From an uncultured Acidobacteriota bacterium (GTDB taxonomy: Bacteria; Acidobacteriota; Thermoanaerobaculia; Multivoradales; UBA5704): a stretch of DNA of 64,000 nucleotides. Positions 61,441 through 64,000 of the stretch are shown here, in pieces (within the stretch, counting starts at the first letter, position 1; every line of letters starts with the position of its first letter). The notes below the pieces were generated by a model. That model was not told where the DNA came from, did not search any database, and worked only from the letters and a program-made list of their open reading frames with translations. The translations under genes and the position numbers were made by a program. The stretch covers positions 3,296,001 to 3,360,000 of the forward strand of contig CAVYRF010000002.1 in the NCBI GenBank assembly GCA_963770895.1. Reading direction: 5' to 3'.

Positions 61441-63327
61441 CTATGGACAAGTTAGCGCGGCCGTGTCCTGGACGGGCGGCGCGGCCGTGCCTTCGGGATT
61501 TGTGTAGATCTTCTGGTGCCTGGTCTGGCCGTCGATGACCGTAACGGTGAAGCCGACGTTGGTGTCCGCAGCGTAGAAGATCCAGTACCGCTTGTTGACG
61601 GCGCAACCATCGATCACCTTGATCAGCATCTCTGGGTTGTCGGCGCTGAAGAACCAGAACAGCCCGCCCTGTTCGATCCCGAGGGTTTGCAGGGATATGG
61701 CGTTGCCCTTGCCGGCGTTGCCGCTGCCCGCGTTGTAGCTGACGGTCACCTGGAAGCGGCTGTCGATGCAGAGCGTCTTGGGGCCGGGGGTGCAATCGGC
61801 AGCGGCTTCCGGCGATGCGGCGATCGCGCTTCCGGGTGCTGACGCGATGGCGCTGGGGAATGACCAGGTGGCGTCATGCAGGGGCGAAGGCGCAAGGGCG
61901 CCGGCCGGAGGGGCGAGGTCCGCTGCGTCAGGGTCCGGTGGCGCCGGCGCGGTGGATGGGCCGTCGCCATTGATGCAGGCGAACGCCGAGGTGTCCTGGA
62001 TCGGCGGCGCGGCTCTGCCGTCAGAGTTGGTATAGGCCTTGGCCCGCCCGGTGCTGGTGTCCCTGACGGTGATCGTGAAGCCGACGTTGGTGCCGGCGGC
62101 GGAAAAGACCCAGAACTGCTGGTTGACCCCGCAGCCGTCCACTACCTTGACCAGCATCTCCGGGTTGTTGGCGGCGAAGAACCAGAAGAGGCCGCCTTGC
62201 GTGACGCCGAGGCTGCTGAGCTGGACGGCGGTGCCGTAGCCGGAGCTGCCTCCTCCCTCGGCGGTGTGGTAGGCGGTCTTGACCTGCCAGCGCCGGTCGC
62301 CTGGCTGGTCGTCGAGGCACAGGCTGCCGCCGCCGGGCGAGCAGGGCGGCGCGGCACGGCCGATCTTTCCGGCAAGGCCCTCGCTGAACCACATGTTGCC
62401 ATCCGGCCCGCCGGTGATCGCCTGCGGATAGGCGCCCGCGGTCGGAATCTGCACCTCGGTCACCGCCCCGGCGGTGGTGATCCAGCCGATGGCGTTGGCG
62501 TTCTCGTTTTCGACGAACCAGAGGTTGCCGTCGGGTCCCGTGGCGATCTGATAGGCGGGGTTGGTGGTCGGGAACTTGGTGATATCGCCGGCGGCGGTCA
62601 TGCGCCCGATCTGGTTGGTGAACTCCATGGTGAACCATAGGTTGCCGTCCGGCCCGGAGGCGATGCCGATCGGGCTCGGTGGGCATGGGAACTCCGTCAA
62701 CGCGCCGCCGGGAGTGATGCGGCCGATCTTGGCGGCGAAGCCCTCCGTAAACCAGAGATTGCCGTCGGGTCCGGTGGTGATGTCGGTCGGCGCCGAGCCG
62801 GCGTACGGCAGCGGCAGCTCGGTGATCGCGCCTGCGGTCGTGATGCGCCCGATCTTGCCGCTGTTGTACTCGGTGAACCAGAGGTTTCCGTCGGGGCCGG
62901 GCGTGATTCCGGCCGGGTCCGCCAGCGCGGTAGGCAACGGGAACTCGGTGATCACACCTGCCGGCGTGATGCGCGCGATCTTGTTGCCCAACGGCTCGGT
63001 GAACCAGACGTTGCCGTCGGGGCCCGGGGCGATCCCCGCGGGATTCTCGACGTAGAAGACGTTGGCGGCGACCGGGAATTCTCCGAGCACGACGCCGGAT
63101 GGGGACATCTTGCCGATCTTGCTCGCCCGTATCTCGATGAACCAAAGGTTGCCGTCGGGCCCGGTGGTGATGCTCGCCGGATCCGAGTTCGCGGCCGGCA
63201 GCGGGAACTCGGTGATCGGGATGGTGGCGGCCGAGACGGCTGCCACCCCTGCGGACAGCACGGTACAGAGCGCAATCGCCGCAGGTCTGGCGAGGCGCGA
63301 GCAGTTCGACACGATCGAGCGGGCCAT
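61441..63327 (-). CDS. Secreted Vgb-like beta-propeller protein with two C-terminal repeat domains
   Basis: Signal peptide; seven GPDGN(L/V/M)WF repeats; two GGLFWFF..NPEML.KV.DGC.VN domains. Confidence 0.88.
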   Translation of the reverse strand: MARSIVSNCSRLARPAAIALCTVLSAGVAAVSAATIPITEFPLPAANSDPASITTGPDGNLWFIEIRASKIGKMSPSGVVLGEFPVAANVFYVENPAGIAPGPDGNVWFTEPLGNKIARITPAGVITEFPLPTALADPAGITPGPDGNLWFTEYNSGKIGRITTAGAITELPLPYAGSAPTDITTGPDGNLWFTEGFAAKIGRITPGGALTEFPCPPSPIGIASGPDGNLWFTMEFTNQIGRMTAAGDITKFPTTNPAYQIATGPDGNLWFVENENANAIGWITTAGAVTEVQIPTAGAYPQAITGGPDGNMWFSEGLAGKIGRAAPPCSPGGGSLCLDDQPGDRRWQVKTAYHTAEGGGSSGYGTAVQLSSLGVTQGGLFWFFAANNPEMLVKVVDGCGVNQQFWVFSAAGTNVGFTITVRDTSTGRAKAYTNSDGRAAPPIQDTSAFACINGDGPSTAPAPPDPDAADLAPPAGALAPSPLHDATWSFPSAIASAPGSAIAASPEAAADCTPGPKTLCIDSRFQVTVSYNAGSGNAGKGNAISLQTLGIEQGGLFWFFSADNPEMLIKVIDGCAVNKRYWIFYAADTNVGFTVTVIDGQTRHQKIYTNPEGTAAPPVQDTAALTCP

Positions 63328-63465
63328 GGGAGAGCCTCCTGACGAGATAGATCGGGTGCGGCGCTGCCGCGCAGAACGCAGTGTAATCAAAGATGCTAGC
63401 AGGGCGACTATCGAGCGAGCAAGGCGACTCCGGCCCGGCAGTGACAGCGGAGTAGGATTATCGCC

Positions 63466-64000
63466 ATGGGGAAGGTCGCCTTGGGGGTGGCCGTCGCGGC
63501 GGCGCTGGTCGCGGCGGCAGTGCCGGTGCTCTGCGCCCAGCCTCTGCCTGCGGCGATTGCTCAGCTCGACCACACGGTGTGGACGGTCCGCGACGGCGCT
63601 CCCGTGGGAGTCAACGCGCTCGCGCAGTCCGCCGACGGTGTGCTGTGGATCGGCACCACCACGGGCCTCTACCAGTTCGACGGCGTGGAGTTCGCGCCGT
63701 ACGAGCCAGGCGCGGGGCAAGCGCTGCTCTCGCTGTCGGTGTCGACGCTGCTGGCGCTGCCGGACGGCGGGCTCTGGGTCGGCTACCACTGGGGCGGCGT
63801 CAGCTCGCTCGTCAGGGGACGGCTCACCAGTTGGCTGCCGGGGGACGCGCTGCCCAGCGGCACGGTGACCGGGCTCGCTCGCGACAGCAGTGGGGAGATC
63901 TGGGCGTCGACAACGACCGGTCTTGCGCGGTTCCGCGGCGGGCTCTGGAACCGTCTCGGTGCCGAGAGCGGCTACCCGGGTGGCATGACCTCCGACCTCG
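63466..64000 (+). CDS. Two-component regulator propeller-domain sensor kinase, N-terminus only (runs off window)
   Basis: Manual translation: signal peptide, HTVWTVRDGAP, ALAQSADGVLWIGT.TGLYQFDG. Confidence 0.8.
   Translation, partial: MGKVALGVAVAAALVAAAVPVLCAQPLPAAIAQLDHTVWTVRDGAPVGVNALAQSADGVLWIGTTTGLYQFDGVEFAPYEPGAGQALLSLSVSTLLALPDGGLWVGYHWGGVSSLVRGRLTSWLPGDALPSGTVTGLARDSSGEIWASTTTGLARFRGGLWNRLGAESGYPGGMTSDL

Noticed and set aside
60931-61455. Collagen-like/glycine-rich gene
   Set aside because: Only four GPx triplets and a short VEAWGAGGGGG stretch without a credible start or end; probably debris.
61441-63327. vgb streptogramin-resistance gene, or a CRISPR-like periodic repeat
   Set aside because: The repeats are degenerate coding propeller blades in a secreted multidomain protein, with no identical repeats or spacers. 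No CRISPR array was seen in the window.

Overview
GC-rich window, probably from an Acidobacteriota genome (inferred from an ADOP permease and a recurrent 'FWFF..N.E..VKV.DGC' C-terminal domain). About 3 kb of housekeeping genes (PLC/P1-like protein, TusA, class V aminotransferase) end at an intact tRNA-Phe(GAA) at 3036-3111. A ~51 kb composite island follows, with two tyrosine integrases, each next to a duplicated tRNA-Phe core (31885-31900, 54355-54369). Both cores are interrupted at the same base by RmInt1-like (class D) group II introns in antisense orientation, and the surviving EBS1 loop is complementary to the tRNA-Phe target. Cargo includes toxin-antitoxin pairs, TIR-CHAT, DUF4062-CHAT and HEPN-like conflict proteins, and a methylase-helicase split by nested elements. 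It also carries two incomplete RiPP loci: two LanC plus a 10-Cys heptad-repeat precursor without LanB, and a split LanB plus precursor plus JmjC oxygenase without LanC. An orphan related precursor, two secreted 6-Cys peptides and many IS elements and gene fragments are also present. The last 8 kb hold secreted or surface proteins and the start of a propeller sensor kinase. All family assignments come from motif recognition by eye; no database search was run.
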